DNA from: Lobosporangium transversale
Lineage: Eukaryota
Direction: 5' to 3'
Assembly: GCF_002105155.1 (NCBI RefSeq)
Contig: NW_019029022.1
Coordinates: 124,001 to 188,000 of the forward strand
Length of the DNA: 64,000 nt
Shown: piece by piece, positions 27,564-38,270 of the stretch
How positions within the stretch are numbered: position 1 is the stretch's first letter
How the letters are laid out: the number at the start of each line of letters is the position of its first letter
Notes under the pieces: model-generated
Database searches by the model: none
What the model saw: the letters and a program-made list of their open reading frames with translations, nothing else
What the model was told of the DNA's origin: nothing
Program-made: the position numbers and the translations under genes

Positions 27564-29139
27564 TAGTTAATGTTGCAAGAACGCGCCCATGTAGTACAAG
27601 ATTAAGAGGCTCCAAACTATGTACTAGTTGATGTACATGTAATAAAAAATCTTTCCACTATTCGCATCAGAAGACGATGACCTTATTGTCTTTCTTCTAC
27701 ATCTTCTATATCTATGCGGTTGTATCTTCAAACACCTATATCTCATCCCAAGAGAAATAGTACAAGGAAGTAAAAAATGGTTATCTCAACTATAACCTAC
27801 ACAGCGGGCCCGAATACTCCTTCGTTAACTCGCAAAGGAATATTTTCGATAGAACCCGAAATGCTCTTTCCAATTTATGAGTCGCAAGCCTCCCGTCCTC
27901 CAATAAGCTGGACAGAAATGTAGAAAGTATGTAAATATGAATATATGAAAATATTGGCGAAGAAAAAAAGAGGGAACGGAGTGAAAGGACCAAGGCTGAC
28001 GAGAAAAGGTGGTTGTCTTGTTTGTCTAGACGAGGGCAGCACCTCATTTCTTCCCAAAAGAGGTATCTCTGCCCTACTTCACAAAAGCAATAAGCTGGGG
28101 CGGCCATAAATGTAGAGGATCGTAGACATAGTATGGGTATAGCCTTACCGCCCAGGCTGGAGACAGCAGCTGTACCGCTCCTTCTACAAGATACCACATG
28201 AAATAGACGCTGAATAACCATCTTCCTTCCCTTTCTCCTTGAATAATCTTCCTCACTAGATGAAAGGGTGAGGCAAGAAGAGTGCGTCATTCACCGTCAG
28301 GTTAGTCTCGAATGTAGGGGTGGTTTTGTTCAAAGAGATGTTGCCGGAAGGCTGATTATTCCTCTCGAAAAGTCCAGCTGTCAAGAGCTTACGCTGCAGA
28401 TAAGACAGAATTCCATTTCCGAACTAGGTGGCGGATATATGGATATGGATGATGGATCCCTGGTAAAAGGTGGTGGATAGCAGGCGATAGCAGGGTAAAG
28501 GTAAGAGTAGATATTTATTGAGGAAGAGCTATTCAAGCGGGGATTGCGCCTTTATCTATACTATGATATGATTACACTTAAATGTCGTTATAAATCACGA
28601 TATTCAAGGACATAAACTAGGCGCGAGGCTTGCACGGCCTCAAATTTTGACGGACGTTCACACTCGGGTGGCGGACTTGTAGTTTTGCCGCTAGCCCGTG
28701 ACACCGCCATTCACCCTTATGAAGAGAGAACAAGCAGGGAGGCGGCGCTGAGCTCGAACCATCGGAAGAAGCAGCTAGGCATATCGGAGAATAGGTACAC
28801 TTGAATGAATGAGAACTAAAAAGAGAAAAAATGGAAATAAAAAGACTGTTGGGGGATAGTGAAGGCTAAAAAACATAAATGGATTACATGCCTACTCATC
28901 AAGTTCGTGAAGATCGCTGCATAGTTTCTGGGCGGAGTGTCTTAGGAACGCTTTTGATGAGCGTATAGCGATCCTTCGAGGGGCAGGAGGCGCTTCTTCT
29001 CGGCCAATGCCCTCTTAATTCTATCCTGTCTTTATCTACGTTCCATTTTCCATTCTTTGATTAATTGATCCTCAGTTTCCCTCAAAACCCCCACTGGGCT
29101 TGCAATTAGCTTGGTATTAGTCTCGGACAAGGGATGGGG

Positions 29140-29273
29140 GGAAGTGAGCCCGACATGTGCTATCCAAAGATTGGCTGAGTAGAGAATACTTCAAATATTT
29201 CACTTTTTGTACGCTTTAGAGCCAGACCGATGAATAAACGACTGCAACGCGTCAACAGTCGTGTGTGCATGCG

Positions 29274-29308
<35 letters not shown>

Positions 29309-30615
29309 AAATGAAAAGCGAACAACGATGATGCCATCCAATATCTTTTCATATTCCTACAAGATGAAGGAGGAAGAAAAACAGAAAACACTTTCAAATG
29401 GAGGCAAGGATGATACTCCATCTCATCTTCAAGCTTTGCGAGACTGTATAAACAACAGCAATAACTAAAATACAAGCCTACTGCCCTCGAACTGTTTAGC
29501 CGCTCTACATGGTGGGGTGGCGCAACAAAGAAAAAAAGATCCATTTAGACAGCGAGCAATGTGATGCGGCTGAAAGTAAAAAAATGAGTTTCAGGGCACA
29601 ACCATATTAGCATTCGCATACTCTTACTTCATTAACATTAAGCTCTAGTACTTTTTGATTCTTGGTAATAGGGCTCATTAGGTACTACCAATCAAGCTTT
29701 CATTTTTATTCTCTTCTTCTATTTCCTCTCTTCACTCCTCACAAGAGATGTGATAGACAATCGAGAACTGTGTTTCGGCAGGTTGTATCCTAATGCCTTT
29801 TCCCAGAATACGACATATGCCAATTCTCAACTCACTCGCAGTCCTTTTTTATTATTTTCATGTAAAGTAATAAAATATAAACATATGACATGTGACAGCT
29901 GATTAGGCTGTGCATTTTATTTTATTTTATTTGAAAGCGAATTAATATTTGTATGTCGACCAATAAAAAGCACACGAGTGATGTGTCTTACTTTTACCGC
30001 GTTCTGGAAAAACAAAAAAAAAAAGGTCTGTTTGGACAAAAGCTGCTACGGTACAGTTCCTGCGATAGTCTGTCTATTCCATCTGCTATTGGGAGTGAAG
30101 AGAGAGAATAAAGAAGCAAGCTTGACTGGTAGTGTCTGGTGAACTCCATTACGAAGGATTAATAATAGATACTCGAGCTGAATGTTGTTGAAAATGATAG
30201 CATGCGAGTGTTAATGTGCTTGTGCTCTGAATCTCACTGTCTAAATAGATATTTCTTTGTTGCACCACCTTAGCATGCAGAGAGCAATGTGGCTCGTGCT
30301 CTGATTGTTTGTGGGTAGCCTAATATTGTTGTTTAGATGATCTTGCAGATCTTGAAGACGGAATGTTAGCAATGCTATTCCCCACCTCCACCCATGAGTA
30401 CTTTCTCTTTTTCTCTCTTGTATGCATATGAGAAATGACGGATGATATCATGTAGTGCGCATATTATCCATTTTCAAATTCCGCTATGCCGCTTTTTTTC
30501 TTTTTTTCTTTTTTTTTTTTTGGCCGCTCTAGAGCTCTAGAGCGTACAAAAAGCAAGATGCTTGATATATTCATTATTCAGTCAATACTCTGAAATCGCA
30601 AATTGGTTTCACTTA
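29140..30615. repeat. Old, nearly spacerless palindrome (diverged arms ~750 bp, centre ~29895)
   Basis: Collinear inverted matches: CTTTTTGTACGCTTTAGAGC (29203) with ~30534-30553; CAACAAAGAAA..ATTTAGACAG (~29523-29552) with ~30237-30263; ACTACCAATCAAGCTT (~29684) with ~30118-30133; TCACTCG (29832) with CGAGTGA (29975). Confidence 0.85.
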
Positions 30616-30687
30616 TCATTTTTCCTGCGCGACTTCAAAAACCACTCATCATTCATCCATTCGTCCTTTACTCGCGAGTGCTTTCGA

Positions 30688-30694
30688 TATAAAA
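30688..30694 (+). promoter_or_regulatory. TATA box of the palindrome-borne transcription unit (mirror copy at ~36663-36669, minus strand)
   Basis: TATAAAA followed by a poly-T/pyrimidine leader and then the first splice donor. Confidence 0.55.
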
Positions 30695-30695
30695 T

Positions 30696-30740
<45 letters not shown>

Positions 30741-30953
30741 CCTTTCCTTTTCTTTTCTTTTCTTTCTTTCCCTTTTTTTCTTCTCTTCCAGTTTAGCCTC
30801 CTCGACCAACATGAAAGGTAAGCAACACTCCACAAATATTCACCCTCACTAAAGTCCTAACTCTCTCACCTTATGCTGCACTGTACTTGTTCTGACTTTT
30901 TATTTCCTGTCTATCTCTCTTTCTCTCTCTTTCACATCACTGTTAGACCACAA

Positions 30954-31642
30954 ATGATACAAACTTCTAGCCAGATACAGAGCAGAACTAGGAAACACTC
31001 TGAACAACTCAACAGCAAACTACAGACCAGAAAAAGCAAAAAAAGCCTCACCTGGTCATTCACAGAAGAGCCCTCGCCGCTGTCATCAAGTAAGTATATA
31101 GTTTATGCATGGCTTCGCTTTGTCTTGCTTGTGATTGTCCCTACCATCGAATAAGCTTAGCATACTTACAAAGCTATCTTCGTTCTTTTTTTTTTTTTTT
31201 TTTTTTTTCTTCGTCTTCCTCCTAGCTGTAATAGGGGCCACTAGCCCTAGGCTCATGGCGACGATTGTCCCAAAGACTGCAATGGGCCCATGCAGTGCTT
31301 ATCGAAATGGGGCGAAAGCGGAGCTGTAAGTACAATTTCTTTTAGAAGCACATGTCGTGATTTTCTGTCTGTACTCTGCTGTGCTCTGATTACCAAATAT
31401 TCTAACCACGCGTGTTTTTTTTTTTGTCTTCTTCCCTTAGAGGCTCATCCGCTTGGACTCTAGCCCGCCGGGCCCTCCTCCCGCCTGCCCGCCTGCCCGC
31501 CAATCCCCTTCGCCGATCCCCTTCGCCGATCCTTCCGTCAAGCCCTCGCAACTCCTTGAAGGGGGATCATTGTAGTAGCTCTAGAGAGCCTCTAGCCTCT
31601 GGACCTTACTTTGATCCGAGTGCCCTTGGGGATTTCGCGTAG
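30954..31642 (+). CDS. Putative 145-aa basic S/P/R-rich orphan protein from spliced exons 2-4 (copy 1)
   Basis: Exons 30954-31089, 31226-31325 and 31441-31642 join in frame: MIQTSSQIQSRTRK...EPSPLSS/TVIGATSPRL...GAKAEL/GSSAWTLARR...ALGDFA*. No recognisable domain. Confidence 0.4.
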
Positions 31643-32788
31643 GTAACAGATGACACACAGTTGTGGTCGTCTAAGTATGGTAAGTCAGTAGCAGTGGCCT
31701 GTTTACTAGGCCCTATAGAGCTCGAGTCCCGGCCTTCAAGGAGATCCTCCATCCAGCAGGATCAGGATCAGGATCAGGACCAGGTGTTATCAAGGCCTGA
31801 TAACACCTCAGGTAAGTATACATGCGCATACATAGCAAAGGGCATATTAACTTGATTCTACCATTGCTTTTGTTCTCTCTGTTTAGGTGGGATCTTGGCA
31901 ACTCGGAGCTCTATAGTGTTTAGTAAATAGTTCATTGTTACTGACATCATCCTTAGATTACCCCAATTAGCGAAGCTGCACCAGGCGCCTGGCTGTAGTG
32001 TGTAGTGCATGGCGTAGAGGCGTCATGTTGTGTGACCTGTTACTTGCCGTCTGAACCAAAGGTACTCTGGTCATAGTAGGGCTTCATTGGCTAGTCGCTC
32101 GATAGACTATTGCAATGAGACCTCTGCTTGGAGAAGCGAGAGCAAGGGTCATAAGAGGAGTAGAGGACCTTGAGGCATAAAAATAGATCGAAGAGCACCA
32201 TGCTTCGAATGCGGCTAGGAGCGCAGGGCCAACAGAAAGCAGACAGCAGCCGAGGGCCGAAAGCCAATAGTCAAGAGCCAGCAGTCAGCAGTCAACACCC
32301 AACATCTAACAGCAGAAAAAAAAAAAAAAAAAAAAAAAAAAAACACGCACGAACACGAACACACACAAACATAAGAGAGAAAACCCCAAAGCAAAAAAAA
32401 AAAAAAAAAAAAAAAAGATAAAAACCGAAACTAACTCAAAAAAAAAAAACACTCAAAGTCAAAGGCAGCCTCAGCCAAAGGCATAACAGGCAGCCAAAGC
32501 CATAACAGGCAGCCTTGACCAAATCAAACACACACTGCCCCGATCAAAGCAAGCGCACGCAACCTCACTCACGCCGGCCAAAGGTATCCCAGAATAATCC
32601 AGACAACCAGAGCCAGATGGCCGAAGCCAGGTAACCAAAGCCGGAAACTGAAGCCAATCAACCGAAGGGATGCCAGATGACCGATTCCAGATGATCGAGG
32701 CCGAATAGCAGAAACCGGGCGATCGCAGCCAGTCAAGCAAAGACGGTCAACTTTAGACAGTCAACTAAAGAAAGCCAACCATAGACAA

Positions 32789-32840
32789 TCAACCAAAGCC
32801 AGTCGACCAAAGTCAGTCAACCAAAGTCAGTCAATCAAAG
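32789..32840 (+). repeat. Degenerate 14-nt tandem repeat (CAACCAAAGTCAGT-like); diverged mirror array at ~34385-34470
   Basis: caaccaaagccagt cgaccaaagtcagt caaccaaagtcagt caatcaaag. The mirror reads caaccaaagtcagt cggccgaagctaac cagccgaagtcagt... on the minus strand. Confidence 0.75.
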
Positions 32841-34139
32841 GTTACCAATGTCAATCATTCAAGGCATTACCAAAAAATGTACCTAAAAAAAAAATCAAAA
32901 TATAACTAAAGGTTACCAGGAAGCACACAATAATCCATACATATCAAGACTACTTACTTCTAAAGGCTCAAAGATCTTGCCATCCTTGGGATAGGATGCA
33001 GCTTAAAAGTGAAAGCATAGTAAACAATTAGCAATAAACATTGTTTGTTCGAAGTGTTGGTAGATGGGTATCCTTGATCATTATGATTGTAGTTTCCCCC
33101 TCAATAGAAGGCAACATAACTGTAGAAGGGCAAATAGAATAAGCTGTACTGGTTCTTGCTAGCAAGCCGCTCCGTGAAAGTAACTAGTAGTGTTGCCGTT
33201 TGGGCATATCTATGACCCTGAGGCGCAATCCAATCAAAAACATGAGTAGCTTTAGTGCTATTGGCCTCTATAATCACATGTGGGATCTCTCCCCAGGCTA
33301 TAAAATAACCATTTGGGCGGATTTTTGCACCTTTGGTCTGATTACAGCAACTTAATCAGGTAGTGCATTCCGCCTGCAAAAAGACGATGAGGAAGATGCT
33401 GATCCTATTTTTTGGGGGAGGGAAAACAATACCGTGCATTGCTCTTTTTCATTGGAAGGCATGGCTTAGCAGCTTATGTGTTTAATTGGTAAGTTGCATC
33501 CACAACTACATTGTCTCAATTTTTTCCTCAAGCAAGGCCTTTGCTCATTGACTGCGAGAATGTGCCATTTCATAGCGTTTGTTGTGTTTAGTGGGTCCGT
33601 TTAAAAAACATTCAAGATTCAATTCCCGTTATTTTGAATAATAATCAAAGAACTGGCCATCAAGAGGGGATCTCACTATAAAGATGGCAGTCTACTGAAT
33701 CCACTAAGTTGCAGAAAAAAGAAAATAAACGAGGCAAATCGGGCAATAGGAACGCGTTGATCTCATATCGCTTACACAAATATACTTTCATCAAACCCCC
33801 TCCATGTCCATACTGGACCACCACAAGCGCGCGGCTGGGTGTGGCTCGTGCTCACACAAATGTATTCACTAGCCAAATTATACTCTGCATCCGAATTAGC
33901 GAGGATGATCTCAAGAGTTCTTTTATTAAAAAGCTTTATCGATTGCCATGTCGGATATTTATTGAAAACCAGGACTGCTTGAGCCCGATGGCTATTTCCC
34001 ACTTCATGTTATACACTCCAATGATACCAACGATTCAATGTTCAACTTCTTTCCTTGGATATAGTAGTTATTGAGTAAGTTATACTTTCAATTCGGGGAG
34101 GCAACTACAGTCATAACGATCAAGAACATTTATCCATCT

Positions 34140-34924
34140 ACCAATATTTCAGACAAACAATGTTTATTGCTAATTGTTTACTATGTTGGCGCTTCCGAGC
34201 CGCACTCTATCCTAAGGATGACCAGGTTCGTAGGCAAAAGACTTTTGTTTTGTTATTTAGAGGTAGATAGTCTTTTGTGGATTATTGTTTTGGCCTTTGG
34301 GCTTCTTTGAAAATATTTTTAGTGTATCCTTGCGCAGTGCCTCGGATGATTGGCTTTGATACCTTTCAGTCGGCTGCCATTAGTTGGCTGGCTTTGGCTG
34401 AATGACTTCGGCTGGCTGGCTTCGGCCGACTGACTTCGGCTGGTTAGCTTCGGCCGACTGACTTTGGTTGTCTGGATCATTCTGGATTGCCTTTGTGGTT
34501 TGATTGATGTTGGTATGTTTGTTTTGATTGAGGCACCCTGTGTTTATTTTACCTGGCGCTCCCTTTGGTGATTTGGTTAAGGCTGAGTGTGTTTACTTTG
34601 ACTGGGGAGCTCGCGGCTACCTTGACTAGCGCTGCCCCTAGTGGTTTGATTGAGGCAGCCTGTGCTGGTTTTGATCAAGGTACTCTACTATTGGCTTTAA
34701 TTAAGGTTGCCTTTGGTTGATTTAGTTGAAGCTGCCTATGTCTGGTCTGGCTGTAGCCGCTATGCTTGATCGGGCGGAGAGCGCTGGATGAAGCTGCCTT
34801 GTATTAAGCTTAGTTGTGGAAGTCTTCGGTTGACTATGACTTTGGCGTTGGCATTGGTGTTGGCTTTGGCTTTGGCTTTGGCTTTTTTTGATTTTGTTTT
34901 TGTTTTTTGAGTTAATTCTTTTTT

Positions 34925-34962
<38 letters not shown>

Positions 34963-35007
34963 TTGGGGTTTTCTCTCTTATGTTTGTGTGTGTTCGTGTT
35001 CGTGCGT

Positions 35008-35039
<32 letters not shown>

Positions 35040-36615
35040 CTGCTGTTAGATGTTGGGTGTTGACTGCTGACTGCTGGCTCTTGACTATTGGCTTTCGGCC
35101 CTCGGCTGCTGTCTGCTTTCTGTTGGCCCTGCGCTCCTAGCCGCATTCGAAGCATGGTGCTCTTCGATCTATTTTTATGCCTCAAGGTCCTCTACTCCTC
35201 TTATGACCCTTGCTCTCGCTTCTCCAAGCAGAGGTCTCATTGCAATAGTCTATCGAGCGACTAGCCAATGAAGCCCTACTATGACCAGAGTACCTTTGGT
35301 TCAGACGGCAAGTAACAGGTCACACAACATGACGCCTCTACGCCATGCACTACACACTACAGCCAGGCGCCTGGTGCAGCTTCGCTAATTGGGGTAATCT
35401 AAGGATGATGTCAGTAACAATGAACTATTTACTAAACACTATAGAGCTCCGAGTTGCCAAGATCCCACCTAAACAGAGAGAACAAAAGCAATGGTAGAAT
35501 CAAGTTAATATGCCCTTTGCTATGTATGCGCATGTATACTTACCTGAGGTGTTATCAGGCCTTGATAACACCTGGTCCTGATCCTGATCCTGATCCTGCT
35601 GGATGGAGGATCTCCTTGAAGGCCGGGACTCGAGCTCTATAGGGCCTAGTAAACAGGCCACTGCTACTGACTTACCATACTTAGACGACCACAACTGTGT
35701 GTCATCTGTTACCTACGCGAAATCCCCAAGGGCACTCGGATCAAAGTAAGGTCCAGAGGCTAGAGGCTCTCTAGAGCTACTACAATGATCCCCCTTCAAG
35801 GAGTTGCGAGGGCTTGACGGAAGGATCGGCGAAGGGGATCGGCGAAGGGGATTGGCGGGCAGGCGGGCAGGCGGGAGGAGGGCCCGGCGGGCTAGAGTCC
35901 AAGCGGATGAGCCTCTAAGGGAAGAAGACAAAAAAAAAAACACGCGTGGTTAGAATATTTGGTAATCAGAGCACAGCAGAGTACAGACAGAAAATCACGA
36001 CATGTGCTTCTAAAAGAAATTGTACTTACAGCTCCGCTTTCGCCCCATTTCGATAAGCACTGCATGGGCCCATTGCAGTCTTTGGGACAATCGTCGCCAT
36101 GAGCCTAGGGCTAGTGGCCCCTATTACAGCTAGGAGGAAGACGAAGAAAAAAAAAAAAAAAAAAAAAAAAGAACGAAGATAGCTTTGTAAGTATGCTAAG
36201 CTTATTCGATGGTAGGGACAATCACAAGCAAGACAAAGCGAAGCCATGCATAAACTATATACTTACTTGATGACAGCGGCGAGGGCTCTTCTGTGAATGA
36301 CCAGGTGAGGCTTTTTTTGCTTTTTCTGGTCTGTAGTTTGCTGTTGAGTTGTTCAGAGTGTTTCCTAGTTCTGCTCTGTATCTGGCTAGAAGTTTGTATC
36401 ATTTGTGGTCTAACAGTGATGTGAAAGAGAGAGAAAGAGAGATAGACAGGAAATAAAAAGTCAGAACAAGTACAGTGCAGCATAAGGTGAGAGAGTTAGG
36501 ACTTTAGTGAGGGTGAATATTTGTGGAGTGTTGCTTACCTTTCATGTTGGTCGAGGAGGCTAAACTGGAAGAGAAGAAAAAAAGGGAAAGAAAGAAAAGA
36601 AAAGAAAAGGAAAGG

Positions 36616-36640
<25 letters not shown>
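34140..36640 (-). ncRNA. Putative five-exon structured transcript, copy 2 (convergent with copy 1)
   Basis: Mirror of copy 1 up to the poly-A tract near 34927-34959. Its 3' part is diverged but keeps the 33-bp AATAAA island (34153-34185). Confidence 0.6.
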
Positions 36641-36661
<21 letters not shown>

Positions 36662-37932
36662 ATTTTATATCGAAAGCACTCGCGAGTAAAGGACGAATGG
36701 ATGAATGATGAGTGGTTTTTGAAGTCGCGCAGGAAAAATGATAAGTGAAACCAATTTGCGATTTCAGAGTATTGACTGAATAATGAATATATCAAGCATC
36801 TTGCTTTTTGTACGCTCTAGAGCTCTAGAGCGGCCAAAAAAAAAAAAAGAAAAAAAGAAAAAAAGCGGCATAGCGGAATTTGAAAATGGATAATATGCGC
36901 ACTACATGATATCATCCGTCATTTCTCATATGCATACAAGAGAGAAAAAGAGAAAGTACTCATGGGTGGAGGTGGGGAATAGCATTGCTAACATTCCGTC
37001 TTCAAGATCTGCAAGATCATCTAAACAACAATATTAGGCTACCCACAAACAATCAGAGCACGAGCCACATTGCTCTCTGCATGCTAAGGTGGTGCAACAA
37101 AGAAATATCTATTTAGACAGTGAGATTCAGAGCACAAGCACATTAACACTCGCATGCTATCATTTTCAACAACATTCAGCTCGAGTATCTATTATTAATC
37201 CTTCGTAATGGAGTTCACCAGACACTACCAGTCAAGCTTGCTTCTTTATTCTCTCTCTTCACTCCCAATAGCAGATGGAATAGACAGACTATCGCAGGAA
37301 CTGTACCGTAGCAGCTTTTGTCCAAACAGACCTTTTTTTTTTTGTTTTTCCAGAACGCGGTAAAAGTAAGACACATCACTCGTGTGCTTTTTATTGGTCG
37401 ACATACAAATATTAATTCGCTTTCAAATAAAATAAAATAAAATGCACAGCCTAATCAGCTGTCACATGTCATATGTTTATATTTTATTACTTTACATGAA
37501 AATAATAAAAAAGGACTGCGAGTGAGTTGAGAATTGGCATATGTCGTATTCTGGGAAAAGGCATTAGGATACAACCTGCCGAAACACAGTTCTCGATTGT
37601 CTATCACATCTCTTGTGAGGAGTGAAGAGAGGAAATAGAAGAAGAGAATAAAAATGAAAGCTTGATTGGTAGTACCTAATGAGCCCTATTACCAAGAATC
37701 AAAAAGTACTAGAGCTTAATGTTAATGAAGTAAGAGTATGCGAATGCTAATATGGTTGTGCCCTGAAACTCATTTTTTTACTTTCAGCCGCATCACATTG
37801 CTCGCTGTCTAAATGGATCTTTTTTTCTTTGTTGCGCCACCCCACCATGTAGAGCGGCTAAACAGTTCGAGGGCAGTAGGCTTGTATTTTAGTTATTGCT
37901 GTTGTTTATACAGTCTCGCAAAGCTTGAAGAT
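34927..37932 (-). repeat. Right outer arm of large inverted repeat (~3.0 kb)
   Basis: Reverse complement of 29425-32416. Outer junction ATCTTCAAGC / GCTTGAAGAT is sharp. Confidence 0.97.
35713..36402 (-). CDS. Putative 145-aa orphan protein, copy 2
   Basis: Mirror of 30954-31642 with the same splice sites. Confidence 0.4.
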
Positions 37933-38270
37933 TGTACGCGAACAAGTGCCTACACAAGCAAGGCGTCATTTAATATGGCGACAACGCATCCCAAGATCCC
38001 AAATGAGCATACGCCTGAACTGGCCCTTTGTAGCTTAGAATGTAGCTAGGTAAACTCGATAGCTAGATAGCAAACAATTTCTCAATAAAGATTAAAAAGT
38101 GTTTGATTCAAATAGCAAGTGACGCCTCTCTTAATGCATCTTCTGTTGCGCTGTGTCTGTGCTTTGGAACGATAATGATCAAAAGGCAAGCTCAGGCGAA
38201 TTCGCAAAGGGCAGCCGCTTCTCTGAATGTCTGTTCCTATGCGAAGCAGTCTGTATCCTTTGAGACCATT
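37932..38270 (+). repeat. 339-bp direct repeat, copy 1
   Basis: Matches 39345-39683 with about 10 substitutions counted by eye (~97%). Begins exactly where the palindrome arm ends. Confidence 0.95.

Larger units (their letters stand above)
29425..32416 (+). repeat. Left outer arm of large inverted repeat (~3.0 kb)
   Basis: Reverse complement of 34927-37932. Mirror-image ORFs in the track (e.g. 31661..31855 versus 35500..35694). Only homopolymer-length differences seen in the stretches checked. Confidence 0.97.
30720..33060 (+). ncRNA. Putative five-exon structured transcript (lncRNA or bifunctional mRNA), copy 1
   Basis: Four GT-AG introns with strong donors: 30818-30946 (GTAAGC), 31090-31225, 31326-31440 and 31812-31886 (all GTAAGT), each with a pyrimidine tract and TAG. 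Long G.U-rich rod at 31542-32143; AATAAA at 33033-33038. Ends are approximate. Confidence 0.6.

Noticed and set aside
27780..28520. Minus-strand ORF fragments, considered as a pseudogene or a third decayed copy of the palindrome gene
   Set aside because: No recognisable family and no alignment to 30615-32400 seen.
30535..30852. Poly-F/poly-K ORFs here and elsewhere
   Set aside because: Artefacts of poly-T/poly-A tracts.
31241..31250. CTAGCCCTAG as a telomerase-RNA template (would encode CTAGGG) in a ~1.9-kb structured spliced RNA
   Set aside because: No canonical CCCTAA template found, the motif is probably base-paired locally, and the telomere repeat of this organism is unknown to me. Revisit only if chromosome ends carry CTAGGG.
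31542..32290. Rod RNA as a viroid-like or retrozyme insertion
   Set aside because: No hammerhead core (CUGANGA...GAAA) or other ribozyme motif recognised; spliceosomal introns argue for a host-type gene.
32789..32840. CRISPR-like array
   Set aside because: Contiguous degenerate 14-mers without unique spacers, in a eukaryotic context with no cas genes.
29425..37932. Palindrome as a giant-TIR DNA transposon
   Set aside because: No transposase or other ORF in the spacer, no TSD, and the left boundary falls inside an older palindrome rather than at an element end.
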